A DNA stretch of 64,000 nt from Chloroflexota bacterium. GTDB lineage: Bacteria > Chloroflexota > Limnocylindria > Limnocylindrales > CSP1-4. Each line of letters opens with the position of its first letter. Positions within the stretch are counted from its first letter, which is position 1. The stretch covers positions 4,578 to 68,577 of the forward strand of contig JBJOLT010000032.1 of NCBI GenBank assembly GCA_046045415.1, given 5' to 3'. Of the stretch, positions 24,449 to 32,905 are shown in pieces. Both the position numbers and the translations under genes were made by a program. The notes under the pieces were generated by a model. The model made no database searches. It had not been told where the DNA came from and saw nothing but the letters and a program-made list of their open reading frames with translations.

Positions 24449-27079
24449 CTACCCGTGTCCGTGCCCGTCGTGGCCCCCGTGACCGTGGCCGTTGCCGTTC
24501 GCATGGGCGTGGCCGTTGCCGCCGCCGTTCCGGGCGAAGCTCGCCGGGAGGACCGGGAGGTTCGACCCCGCGAGGGCTCGCTGCTCGCCCGACGCCCGGA
24601 GCGCCCACTGGCGCTCCCGCCGGACGTACGTCATCTCCGTCTCCTGGTCGATCCGCGCGAGGGCGAGGAGGTCGATCATCGGGTTCTCGCGGCTCTCGTG
24701 GGCGAGCTCGAAGTCGGCGCCGTCGCGGAGCGCGTCGTACGGGCAGGCGTCGACGCAGATCCCGCAGAGGATGCAGCGGCTCTCGTCGACCTCGTACTTC
24801 TGGAGGACCCGCGGCTTCGGCATGAGCGCGCCGGTCGGGCACGTCTCCGCGCACCTGCCGCACGAGACGCACGGCGTCTCGTTCAGGCTCATGTCGAGCG
24901 GCGTCGTCACGAGCGTGTCGAAGCCGATCCGCATGAAGTCGTAGCACGCGGCGCCCACCACCTCGGCGCAGACGTTCGCGCAGCGACCGCAGTCGATGCA
25001 GCGGGACGGCTCGCGGAGGATGAACGCGTGGCTGTCGTCGCGGATGTAGTCGTGGTTCTTCCCGGTGAAGCGGTTCTCCGTGACGCTCCGGTAGCCCGCC
25101 CCCTGATGGTGGCCCTTCTCGAGGGTCCGGAGCGTGGTCCCGTACTCGATGCCGAGCCGGCGGAGGTCGCAGAAGCCGATCGCCTCGCAGGTGCACTGGA
25201 GGCAGCGGGTCGACTCGGCGACCGCCTCGGCCGGGGTGTACGGCAGCTCGTACTCGACGTAGCTCCGGTTCCGGTCGTGCGCCTCCATCGCCGTCATCCG
25301 GTAGCGCGGCTCCTTCGCCTCGCTCGTGAACGGGACGATCGAGAGGAACTCCGGCTGCGGCTCGGCGAGCGTCTGGCGCGTCCGGATCGAGGCGAGGTCC
25401 GCGCCGCGGAGGTATGCGTCGACCGCGTACGCGGCGCGGCGCCCCTCGGCGATCGAGGCGACGACCGTCTGGGCGCCGGTCCGGACGTCGCCCGTCCCGA
25501 AGACGCCGGGGCGGTCGGTCGCGAACGTGACGGCGTCGGCCTTCAGCCGGCGGTTCTTCGTCGCCGTGACACCGACGCTCCCCGGGTGCTCGGCCCAGTC
25601 GAGCTCCGGCCCCTGGCCGATCGCGAGGAGGACGCGATCGCACGGGATCGTGAACTCCGTCCCCGGCGCCGGCTCCGGGCGGCGCCGGCCGGACGCGTCG
25701 GGCTCGCCGAGCTTCATCCGGATGAACTCGATCCCGGTTACCTTCCCGGACTTCTCGTCGACGATCACCCGGGTGGGGCCGGCCTGGAAGATCGCCGTCA
25801 CCCCCTCCTCGATCGCCTCGTGGACCTCGCCGGCGGCAGGCATGTCCTTCATGTCGCGCCGGTAGACGAGCGTCACCTCCTTCGCCCCCTGGCGGACGGA
25901 GGTGCGGACGCAGTCCATCGAGGTGAAGCCGCCGCCGACGACGACGACGCGGCTCCCCTTGTGGCCGGGGTACTCGAGGCCGAGCGTCGCGGTCCGGAGG
26001 TACTCGAGGCCGTCGATGACGCCGTCGGCCTCCTCGTTCGGGACGCCGAGCTTGTTCGTGTCGTAGCAGCCGATCGCGACGACGACCGCGTCGTAGCCCT
26101 GGTTCTGCAGGTCGTCGAGCGTGAAGTCGCGCCCCAGCCCCTGGTCGCAGACGATCCGGCCGCCGAGCCGGACGACGCTCTCGTACTCCGCCTCGAGGAC
26201 CTCCACCTTCGGGAGCCGGTACTGCGGGATCCCGTAGCGGAGCATCCCGCCCGGGGCGGGGTCGCGCTCGAAGACGGTGACCTCGTGCCCGCTGAGGAGC
26301 AGGTAGTAGGCGGACGACATCCCGGCCGGGCCGGAGCCGATCACCGCGACGCGGCGGCCCGTCGGCGCCTGGCGCTCGAACGGGACCGGCGGGTCGATCC
26401 CGTCGTTCAGCTGCGCCTTGAGGACCTGGTCCCCCGCGTACCGGTGGCTGTCGCGGATCGCGATCGCCTCGTCGACCTCGTCGCGCCGGCAGTGCTCCTC
26501 GCACGGGGCGGGGCAGACGCGGCCGAGCACCGACGGGAACGGGATCGTCCGCTTGAAGACCCGGGCCGACTCCCGCCAGTTCCCCTCGGCGTTCTGCTTG
26601 AGGAACCCGGGGATGTCGATGTGGCTCGGGCACTTGTTCTGGCAGGGCGGGAGGCAGTACGCGTTGTGGTCGCTGAAGATCAGCTCGAGGTTCGTCCGCC
26701 GGAGTCGGCGGACCTCCTCGGTCTGCGTGCTGACGACCATCCCCTCGGCCGCGGCGAGGGAGCAGCTGATCGGCGGGTTCTCGATCCCCTCGACCTCGAC
26801 GACGCACATCCGGCAGGCCCCGAAGCCGGGGAGCTTCGGCTCGTAGCAGAGGGTCGGGATCTCGATCCCGTTGTCGCGGCAGACCTCGAGGATCGTCTGG
26901 CCCTCGTGGCCCTCCACGACCCGGCCGTCCACCTCGATCCGGATCCGCGGCGTCGACTGCGGCCGCTGGGGCGAGACGGTGGTGAGGAGCCGCTCCGCGC
27001 GGGGGTCGGCGGCGGTCGCGGGCGCGCCGTCGCCGGTCGCCGGGGGCTGCGCGCCTGGTCGGATCAGCAGGTCGGTCAT
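24449..27079 (-). CDS. NuoG-like Fe-S subunit chimera: NuoG/HydA-type N-terminal 2Fe-2S + His/Cys cluster, complete GltD-like (glutamate-synthase small-subunit-type) FAD/NAD(P)H oxidoreductase module, three CxxCxxCxxxC(P) 4Fe-4S motifs, His/Gly/Asn-rich C-terminal tail; no molybdopterin-like domain
   Basis: 'TLCYEPKLPGFGACRMCVVEV...ISCS' (2Fe-2S); 'SDHNAYCLPPCQNKCP'; 'VCPAPCEEHC' + 'VAVIGSGPAGMSSAYYLLLSGHEVTVFERDPAPGGMLRYGIP' + 'VVVVGGGFTSMDCVRTS' (GltD Fer4_20 + two Rossmann sites); 'CIDCGRCANVCAEV', 'CVSCGRCAETCPTGAL', 'CILCGICVDACPYDAL'; tail 'NGGGNGHAHANGNGHGHGGHDGHGHG'. Confidence 0.8.
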   Translation of the reverse strand: MTDLLIRPGAQPPATGDGAPATAADPRAERLLTTVSPQRPQSTPRIRIEVDGRVVEGHEGQTILEVCRDNGIEIPTLCYEPKLPGFGACRMCVVEVEGIENPPISCSLAAAEGMVVSTQTEEVRRLRRTNLELIFSDHNAYCLPPCQNKCPSHIDIPGFLKQNAEGNWRESARVFKRTIPFPSVLGRVCPAPCEEHCRRDEVDEAIAIRDSHRYAGDQVLKAQLNDGIDPPVPFERQAPTGRRVAVIGSGPAGMSSAYYLLLSGHEVTVFERDPAPGGMLRYGIPQYRLPKVEVLEAEYESVVRLGGRIVCDQGLGRDFTLDDLQNQGYDAVVVAIGCYDTNKLGVPNEEADGVIDGLEYLRTATLGLEYPGHKGSRVVVVGGGFTSMDCVRTSVRQGAKEVTLVYRRDMKDMPAAGEVHEAIEEGVTAIFQAGPTRVIVDEKSGKVTGIEFIRMKLGEPDASGRRRPEPAPGTEFTIPCDRVLLAIGQGPELDWAEHPGSVGVTATKNRRLKADAVTFATDRPGVFGTGDVRTGAQTVVASIAEGRRAAYAVDAYLRGADLASIRTRQTLAEPQPEFLSIVPFTSEAKEPRYRMTAMEAHDRNRSYVEYELPYTPAEAVAESTRCLQCTCEAIGFCDLRRLGIEYGTTLRTLEKGHHQGAGYRSVTENRFTGKNHDYIRDDSHAFILREPSRCIDCGRCANVCAEVVGAACYDFMRIGFDTLVTTPLDMSLNETPCVSCGRCAETCPTGALMPKPRVLQKYEVDESRCILCGICVDACPYDALRDGADFELAHESRENPMIDLLALARIDQETEMTYVRRERQWALRASGEQRALAGSNLPVLPASFARNGGGNGHAHANGNGHGHGGHDGHGHG

Positions 27080-27091
27080 CGTCGGGGTCTT

Positions 27092-28414
27092 CTAGCTGCG
27101 GCCGCCCACCGGGACGGCGATCGGGCGGCAGACGCCGGCGGGGCAGGCGCTCCGCACGAGATGGTCGTCGAGCTCCGAGCGGAAGTATCGCATCCCACTC
27201 GTGAACGGGAGCGTCGCGAGCCGCTCGTGGTCGCAGAGGCCGCTCGCGCTCACGTCGTGCGCGAGGTCCTCGATGAGCGCGGGGTCGGTGGGCTTCGGCA
27301 CGCCGGTGACGATCCGCTCGCCGATCTCGTAGAGGCGGCGGAGCCCGATCCGGCAGGGGATCGTCTTCCCGCAGGCCTCGTCGGCGCAGAAGCGGGTGAG
27401 GAGCCGGGCGAGGTCGACGACGCATGCCCGCTCGTCGACCGCGACGAGCGAGCCGGAGCCGACGTGCGCACCCGCCTCCCGGAGCGGCTCGAAGTCGTAC
27501 GGCGTCGCGGCGAGCGTCGCCGGGAGGAGGCCGCCCGACGGGCCGCCGACGAGGAACGCCTTGAGGGCGTGTCCCTTCCCGGTCGCCCCGGCGAGGGCGG
27601 CGATCTCGCCGAGCGGCGTCCCGAGCGGCACCTCAGCGACCCCGGCGCCCGCCGGCGTCCGGAGCGCGACGAGCGCCGTCCCGGGGCTTGCGGACGAGCC
27701 CGTCTTCGCGAACGCGGCGGCCCCGTGGGCGAGGATCCACGAGGCGGCGGCGAGCGTCTGGACGTTCGCGACGACCGTCGGCTTCCCGAAGAGCCCGCGG
27801 ATCGCCGGGTGCGGCGGCCGCTGCTCCGGCTGGCCGCGCTTCCCCTCGAGCGCCTTCAGGAGGACGGTCTCCTCGCCGAGCATGTACGCGCCGGCGACCG
27901 GCGTGACGTGGACCGTCAGCTCGCGGCCGCTCGCGGCGTAGTCGCTCCCGAGGAGGCCCGCGTCGGTCGCGTGCCCCACCGCCGCCGTGAGCCGGCGGAC
28001 GACCTCCGTCTCCTCGGCGCGGACGGCGATCCACGCCTCGGCCGCACCGACGGCGTACGCGGCGATCGCGACGCCCTCGATGACCGCGTACGGGTTCGTC
28101 TCGAGGAGCGCACGGTCGGTCCCGGCCGCCGGGTCCGCCCCGTACCCGTTCGCGACGACGTAGCGGGTCGCGACGGGCTGGGTGGCGCAGACGCGCCACT
28201 TCTCCGCGGCGGGGAAGCCGGCGCCGCCGCGACCGCGGAGCCGCGCCTCGGCGACGACGGCGATCGTCCCCTCCGGCCCGAGCCCCACCGCCGCACGGAG
28301 GCCGGCGAACGCGCCGGCTGCGACGGCGGCGTCGAGGTCGGTGGGGTCGGCGGGCGTGGCGGCCGGGAGGAGGATCCGCGGCCACGCGGCGGGGGTCGGG
28401 AGGATCGTCGTCAC
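27092..28414 (-). CDS. nuoF: NADH-quinone oxidoreductase subunit F-like (51-kDa flavoprotein), divergent (GTG start)
   Basis: 'LRGRGGAGFPAAEKW', 'AGAYMLGEETVLLKALEGKRGQP', 'ACGKTIPCRIG' and 'SGLCDHE' align to the NuoF FMN/NADH and N3 regions. Confidence 0.8.
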   Translation of the reverse strand: MTTILPTPAAWPRILLPAATPADPTDLDAAVAAGAFAGLRAAVGLGPEGTIAVVAEARLRGRGGAGFPAAEKWRVCATQPVATRYVVANGYGADPAAGTDRALLETNPYAVIEGVAIAAYAVGAAEAWIAVRAEETEVVRRLTAAVGHATDAGLLGSDYAASGRELTVHVTPVAGAYMLGEETVLLKALEGKRGQPEQRPPHPAIRGLFGKPTVVANVQTLAAASWILAHGAAAFAKTGSSASPGTALVALRTPAGAGVAEVPLGTPLGEIAALAGATGKGHALKAFLVGGPSGGLLPATLAATPYDFEPLREAGAHVGSGSLVAVDERACVVDLARLLTRFCADEACGKTIPCRIGLRRLYEIGERIVTGVPKPTDPALIEDLAHDVSASGLCDHERLATLPFTSGMRYFRSELDDHLVRSACPAGVCRPIAVPVGGRS

Positions 28415-29071
28415 TCAGCGGCCCCCGAGCGCGGCGTCGAGGGCGCCGACGTAGGCGGCCTCGGTCGGGCGGAGCGCGGCCGCCGCCGGCGCCGCACCGC
28501 TCGCGGCCGTCGGCGGCTCGAGGCGGAGGTGCCGGTAGTAGGTGGCGGTGCCGTAGATCATCGCGTACCAGGCGCCGGTCCGGTGGCTGATCCGCTTGAG
28601 CGCGGCGACCGGGAGGTAGCCGTACGCCGCCTGGACCCCCTCGAGGATCGGGAGGAGCGCCTTCGGGTCCTCGCCGTGCTCCTCGAGGACGCGGTCGACG
28701 TCGGCGAGGTCGATCGGCTCGAAGCGGACGTACGCCGGGTCGGGGACCGGGCGGCCGGAGCGGCGGAGCGCCGATTCCTCTCGCCGCTCGGCGTACGTCT
28801 CGGTCGCGCCCCAGTGGACGTGGTAGCGGCCCTTCGTGTCGACGCCGCCCATGTCGATGCACTCGATCGGGCAGGCCTGCGCGCACTGGAAGCAGGTCTC
28901 GCACTTCAGCGTCCCGAACTCGTCGTAGAGGAGCTGGAGCCGCCCGCGGAAGCGGACCGCCTCGTCGGGCGCCACCTCCGGGTAGCGGACGGTGATCTTC
29001 GGCGCGAAGAAGCGCCGGAGGGTGAGCGCCATCCCCCTGACGATCCCGAGGCCGGGCACGAGGCTCATCAT
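28415..29071 (-). CDS. 218-aa chimera: NuoI-like N-terminal half (one CxxCxxCxxxCP motif only) fused to a NuoE-like N-terminal helical region lacking the 2Fe-2S thioredoxin-like domain
   Basis: 'MALTLRRFFAPKITVRYPEV...VRFRGRLQL...KCETCFQCAQACPIECI' is NuoI-like; no second Cys motif; 'ALLPILEGVQAAYGYLPVAALKRISHRTGAWYAMIYGTATYY' matches the NuoE helical region (LLPILHxxQExxGYLP...VYGVATFY) but no Cys follows; ATGA/adjacent coupling to nuoH and nuoF. Confidence 0.7.
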   Translation of the reverse strand: MMSLVPGLGIVRGMALTLRRFFAPKITVRYPEVAPDEAVRFRGRLQLLYDEFGTLKCETCFQCAQACPIECIDMGGVDTKGRYHVHWGATETYAERREESALRRSGRPVPDPAYVRFEPIDLADVDRVLEEHGEDPKALLPILEGVQAAYGYLPVAALKRISHRTGAWYAMIYGTATYYRHLRLEPPTAASGAAPAAAALRPTEAAYVGALDAALGGR

Positions 29072-30414
29072 CCCCTCCCGTTCACGACGACGATCGCGGC
29101 GGCGGTCACGAAGAGGTTGAGGAGCGCCGCGGGGGTGAGCCACTTCCAGGCGAACCCCATGAGCTGGTCGATCCGGACCCGCGGGAGCGTCCCGCGCATC
29201 CAGACGAAGATGAACACGAAGACGTACGACTTGACGAAGAACCAGAGGAGGCCGATCACCCAGTCGAGGCTCACGACCGCGAGGCCGAGGACGCCGGCGA
29301 CGGCGACGAGGTTGAAGAGGACGAAGCCGATGACGAGCGCCCGGACGAGCGAGACGCGGCTGTCGAGCATCCAGAACGGGAGCGCGAGCCCGACGATCGC
29401 GAGCGGCGGGACGACGAGGAGGAGCGCGAGGAGGCCGATCCCGAGCGAGCCCGGGTCGAGCGCCACAGAGACCGGGAAGGGCCAGTCGAACGGGGCCGTC
29501 CAGCCGCCGAAGAAGAGCGTCACGGCGAGCGCCGAGACGATGAAGACGTTCACGTACTCGGCGAAGAAGAAGAAGCCGAAGCGCATCCCGGAGTACTCGG
29601 TCGCGAAGCCGGCGACGATCTCCGAGTCCGCCTCGGTCAGGTCGAACGGGGTCCGGTTCGCCTCCGCCGTCGCGGCGATGAAGAAGATGAGGAAGCCGAG
29701 CGGCTGGCGCCAGACGTTCCAGTCGAGGATCGAGCCGGACTGCATCTCGACGATCGCGTTCAGGCTCATCGTCCCCGCGAGGAGGATGAGGCCGACGACC
29801 GAGAGCGTGAGCGGGATCTCGTAGCTGACGACCTGGGCGGCCGCCCGGAGCCCGCCGATGAGCGAGTACTTGTTGTAGCTCGCCCAGCCGGCCATGAGGA
29901 GGCCGACGACGCTCAGCCCCCCGATCGCGAAGAAGTAGAGGAGCCCGATGTTGAAGTCCTGGCCGAAGAGGCCGGGCGCGAACGGGATGACCATCATCGT
30001 CATCACGCACGAGAGGAACGTGACGACCGGCGCCCACGTGAAGACGAGGCCGTCGGCGCCCGTCGGGGTGAAGTCCTCCTTCACGAGCACCTTCAGCCCG
30101 TGGTTCACCGACATGAGCGACCCGAACGGCCCGACCCGGTCCGGCCCGATCCGAAGGTTGATCAGCGCGATCACCTTCATCTCCATGTAGATGATGAGGA
30201 AGGCGGTCGGGACGCTCAGGAGGAGGACGGCGGTCGCCGCGACGACGAAGCGGATGATCGGGAGGTTCGCGAGGAGCGCCTCGAGGATCGTCCCGCCGAG
30301 GAGCGCGATCACCGCGACGAGCGAGGCGGTCACCGCGAGCAGGACGGGGACCGCGACGAAGACGACCTTCCCCGGGAGCGTGAGGCGGCTCCAGGCGCGG
30401 GAGGCGACCGTCAC
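29068..30414 (-). CDS. nuoH: NADH-quinone oxidoreductase subunit H (deduced GTG start overlapping nuoD stop)
   Basis: 448 aa, 'GLLYFFAIGGLSVVGLLMAGWASYNKYSLIGGLRAAAQVVSYEIPL', 'EADSEIVAGFATEYSGMRFGFFFFAEY' NuoH hallmarks. Confidence 0.85.
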   Translation of the reverse strand: MTVASRAWSRLTLPGKVVFVAVPVLLAVTASLVAVIALLGGTILEALLANLPIIRFVVAATAVLLLSVPTAFLIIYMEMKVIALINLRIGPDRVGPFGSLMSVNHGLKVLVKEDFTPTGADGLVFTWAPVVTFLSCVMTMMVIPFAPGLFGQDFNIGLLYFFAIGGLSVVGLLMAGWASYNKYSLIGGLRAAAQVVSYEIPLTLSVVGLILLAGTMSLNAIVEMQSGSILDWNVWRQPLGFLIFFIAATAEANRTPFDLTEADSEIVAGFATEYSGMRFGFFFFAEYVNVFIVSALAVTLFFGGWTAPFDWPFPVSVALDPGSLGIGLLALLLVVPPLAIVGLALPFWMLDSRVSLVRALVIGFVLFNLVAVAGVLGLAVVSLDWVIGLLWFFVKSYVFVFIFVWMRGTLPRVRIDQLMGFAWKWLTPAALLNLFVTAAAIVVVNGRG

Positions 30415-31652
30415 TTGTCGATCCCTCCCATGATCGGGTCGAGCGACGCCATCACCGCCATCGTGTCGGCGACGAGGTTCCCCGGCATGAGGAGCGGGAC
30501 GAGCTGGAGGTGGACGAACGACGGGTCGTGGATCTTCAGCCGGAACGGCTGGTCGGTCCCGTCGCTGATCGCGTGCATCCCGTAGACGCCGCGCGGCCCC
30601 TCGACCGCCCCCCACGCGCGACCGGGCCGCGGCCGGAGGAGGCGGGGGAGCTTCGCCATGACCGGCCCGTCCGGCATCTCGTGGAGGCACTGGTCGATGA
30701 TCCGGAGGCTCTGGCGGACCTCGTCCATCCGGAGGAGGTAGCGCGCGAGGCAGTCCCCCTCGCTCCGGGTGGGGATGTCGAACTCGAGCTCCGGGTAGAC
30801 CGAGTACGGGTGCGCGCGCCGGAGGTCGAACGGGACGCCGGTGGAGCGGAGGTTCGGCCCGGTGACGCACATCCGGATCGCCGTCTCGCGGTCGATCGTC
30901 CCGAGGCCGCGCATCCGGCGGACGAAGATCTCGTTCTCGTTCAGGAGCCCGAGGTTCGCCTCGATCTGGCTGCCGGCCCGCGTCATCCACTCGCCGAGGC
31001 GGCTCATGAACTCGTGGTTCAGGTCGCCGTTGACGCCGCCGATCCGGAAGTAGTTGAAGAGCATCCGCTGGCCCGTGAGGGCCGCGAGCATCTCCACGAT
31101 CTCGTCGCGCTCGATGAAGCTGTAGAGGATCGGGGTGAGGCCGCCGAGATCGAGCGCCATCCAGCCCATGAAGAGCGCGTGACTCTGGATCCGGAGGAGC
31201 TCGGTCGAGAGGACCCGGATGTACTCGGCGCGGCGCGGCACCTCGACGTCGAGGAGCTTCTCGAAGGCTATCACCGCCGCCCACTCGCTGAAGAGCGAGC
31301 TGACGTACTCGAGCGGGTCGACCTGGCTGATGCACTGGTGGTAGTCGGCGTTCTCGCAGAGCTTCTCCACCCCGCGGTGGAGGTAGCCGAGGACCGGGTC
31401 GATGTCGATGACCTGCTCGCCGTTCAGCTTGAGGACGACCCTGAGGACGCCGTGCGTCGAGGGGTGCTGCGGCCCCATGTTGATGAACATCTCGCCGTCG
31501 CCGAGCGTGTAGAACTCGGCTTCCCGCTCGGTCCGCGGCGGGTACGGCGGGACCGGCTCGAAGACGCCGATCTCGGCGTCGAGCGTCACGCGCGGGTCGT
31601 CGGCCGACTGGTGCGCCGGCATCTCGTACGGGGTGTGCGGCCCGGCCGTCAT
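30411..31652 (-). CDS. nuoD: NADH-quinone oxidoreductase subunit D (49-kDa)
   Basis: 'FINMGPQHPSTHGVLRVVLKLNGEQV', 'DPVLGYLHRGVEKLCE', C-terminal 'RLKIHDPSFVHLQ' blocks; starts at MTAGPHT (ATGA overlap with nuoC). Confidence 0.9.
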   Translation of the reverse strand: MTAGPHTPYEMPAHQSADDPRVTLDAEIGVFEPVPPYPPRTEREAEFYTLGDGEMFINMGPQHPSTHGVLRVVLKLNGEQVIDIDPVLGYLHRGVEKLCENADYHQCISQVDPLEYVSSLFSEWAAVIAFEKLLDVEVPRRAEYIRVLSTELLRIQSHALFMGWMALDLGGLTPILYSFIERDEIVEMLAALTGQRMLFNYFRIGGVNGDLNHEFMSRLGEWMTRAGSQIEANLGLLNENEIFVRRMRGLGTIDRETAIRMCVTGPNLRSTGVPFDLRRAHPYSVYPELEFDIPTRSEGDCLARYLLRMDEVRQSLRIIDQCLHEMPDGPVMAKLPRLLRPRPGRAWGAVEGPRGVYGMHAISDGTDQPFRLKIHDPSFVHLQLVPLLMPGNLVADTMAVMASLDPIMGGIDK

Positions 31653-32197
31653 GCGCCGATCCTTCGGACGACCGCGTCCGCCGCCGTGTTCGTCGGCACC
31701 TGCGGCTGCTCGATGTGGCGGACCCCGCCGCCGGGCGAGCGCGCCGCGTCGTCCGGGAGGTGGAAGTCCTTCCGGAGCGGGAAGCTCCGGTACTCGGGCG
31801 GCATGTAGATCCGGCGGAGGTCGCGGTTCCCCTCGAACACGATGCCGAACATGTCGTACGTCTCGCGCTCCATCCACTCGGCGCCCTTCCAGAGGAACGT
31901 CACCGAGGGGATGCGGGGCTCGTCGCGGGGGAGCTCCACCGCGATCACCCGGAGCCAGTCCGGCGAGGCGGGGCTCCAGAGGTGGTACGTGACCTGGAGC
32001 GTCGTCCCGGTGTCGACGCCGCAGAGGTCGGCGAGCATCTGGAAGCGGAGCTCGGGATCCTCGGCGAGGATCCGCATCACGTCCGGGACGTCCGCCGGCC
32101 GGACCCTGATCTCCGTCTCGTCATGGCGCTGGCGGACGGGGCCGACGAGCCGGTCGCCGAGGCTCGCCCCGAGTCGGCGCCGCAGGGCGCGGTCCAT
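31649..32197 (-). CDS. nuoC: NADH-quinone oxidoreductase subunit C (30-kDa)
   Basis: 182 aa, 'LADLCGVDTG...VTYHLWS', 'WKGAEWMERETYDMFGIVFEGNRDLRRI'. Confidence 0.85.
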   Translation of the reverse strand: MDRALRRRLGASLGDRLVGPVRQRHDETEIRVRPADVPDVMRILAEDPELRFQMLADLCGVDTGTTLQVTYHLWSPASPDWLRVIAVELPRDEPRIPSVTFLWKGAEWMERETYDMFGIVFEGNRDLRRIYMPPEYRSFPLRKDFHLPDDAARSPGGGVRHIEQPQVPTNTAADAVVRRIGA

Positions 32198-32200
32198 CGG

Positions 32201-32905
32201 TCAGACGCCCTCCGGGACGGTCGGGCCGACGGGCTTCTCCGCCCACTGGCCGCGGCGGTCCTTGACGATCTGCTGGAGCTTCATCATCCCGTAGATCAGC
32301 CCCTCGGGACGCGGCGGGCAGCCGGGGATGTAGACGTCGACCGGCATCACCCGGTCGATCCCCTCGATCGTCGAGTAGCTCCGCTTGTAGCGGCCGCCGG
32401 AGCACGTGCAGTCGCCCATCGCGACGCACCACTTGGGCTCCGGCATCTGCTCCCAGAGGCGGACGAGCGGCCCGGCCATCTTCGTCGTCAGCGTCCCCGC
32501 CACGATGAGGACGTCGGCCTGTCGCGGGCTCGCGCGGAAGGGGAACATCCCCCAGCGGTCCATGTCGTTCTTCGAGGTCGCCGCCGACATCATCTCGATC
32601 GCGCAGCACGCGAGGCCCGAGAGGAGCGGCCAGAGGCTGTTCATCCGGATGAGGTCGAGGACGTAGTCCGCCTTCGTCGGGATCACCTCGAGCGCGCCGC
32701 CCCAGCGGGCGTCGTCCTTCCGCTCGAGACCGGCGAGCTCCACCTGGCGGAGGTGGGTGACGTCCGATCCCGCCCCGCCCTGGTAGGCGAGCGGGTCGGT
32801 CGACGCCCAGAGGGTGTTCGGGACGACGATCGGCTCGACGAGCGCGTCCGACTCGCGGACGACGAGCGCCCCCGGGATCTCGCCGCCCCCGTCGCCCGGC
32901 CTCAC
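32201..32905 (-). CDS. nuoB: NADH-quinone oxidoreductase subunit B (deduced GTG start overlapping nuoA stop)
   Basis: 'SLWPLLSGLACCAIEMM', 'KWCVAMGDCTCSGGRY', 'VDVYIPGCPPRPE' (N2 cluster Cys set). Confidence 0.85.
   Translation of the reverse strand: MRPGDGGGEIPGALVVRESDALVEPIVVPNTLWASTDPLAYQGGAGSDVTHLRQVELAGLERKDDARWGGALEVIPTKADYVLDLIRMNSLWPLLSGLACCAIEMMSAATSKNDMDRWGMFPFRASPRQADVLIVAGTLTTKMAGPLVRLWEQMPEPKWCVAMGDCTCSGGRYKRSYSTIEGIDRVMPVDVYIPGCPPRPEGLIYGMMKLQQIVKDRRGQWAEKPVGPTVPEGV

Noticed and set aside
23844-27425. Over-extended ORFs 23844-27425 (1193 aa), 28415-30037 (540 aa), 29068-31335 (755 aa), 41009-44509 (1166 aa), 37237-39924 (895 aa), 9350-11092 (580 aa), 12314-13807 and 11373-13622
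   Set aside because: Only the C-terminal portions carry protein-family signatures: NuoJ, the NuoI/E chimera, NuoH, Nudix, GlpX, PimA and the acyltransferases. The N-terminal extensions are low-complexity, and they overlap the preceding coupled gene in another frame. Genes were therefore trimmed to internal ATG or GTG starts at 4-nt stop-start overlaps.
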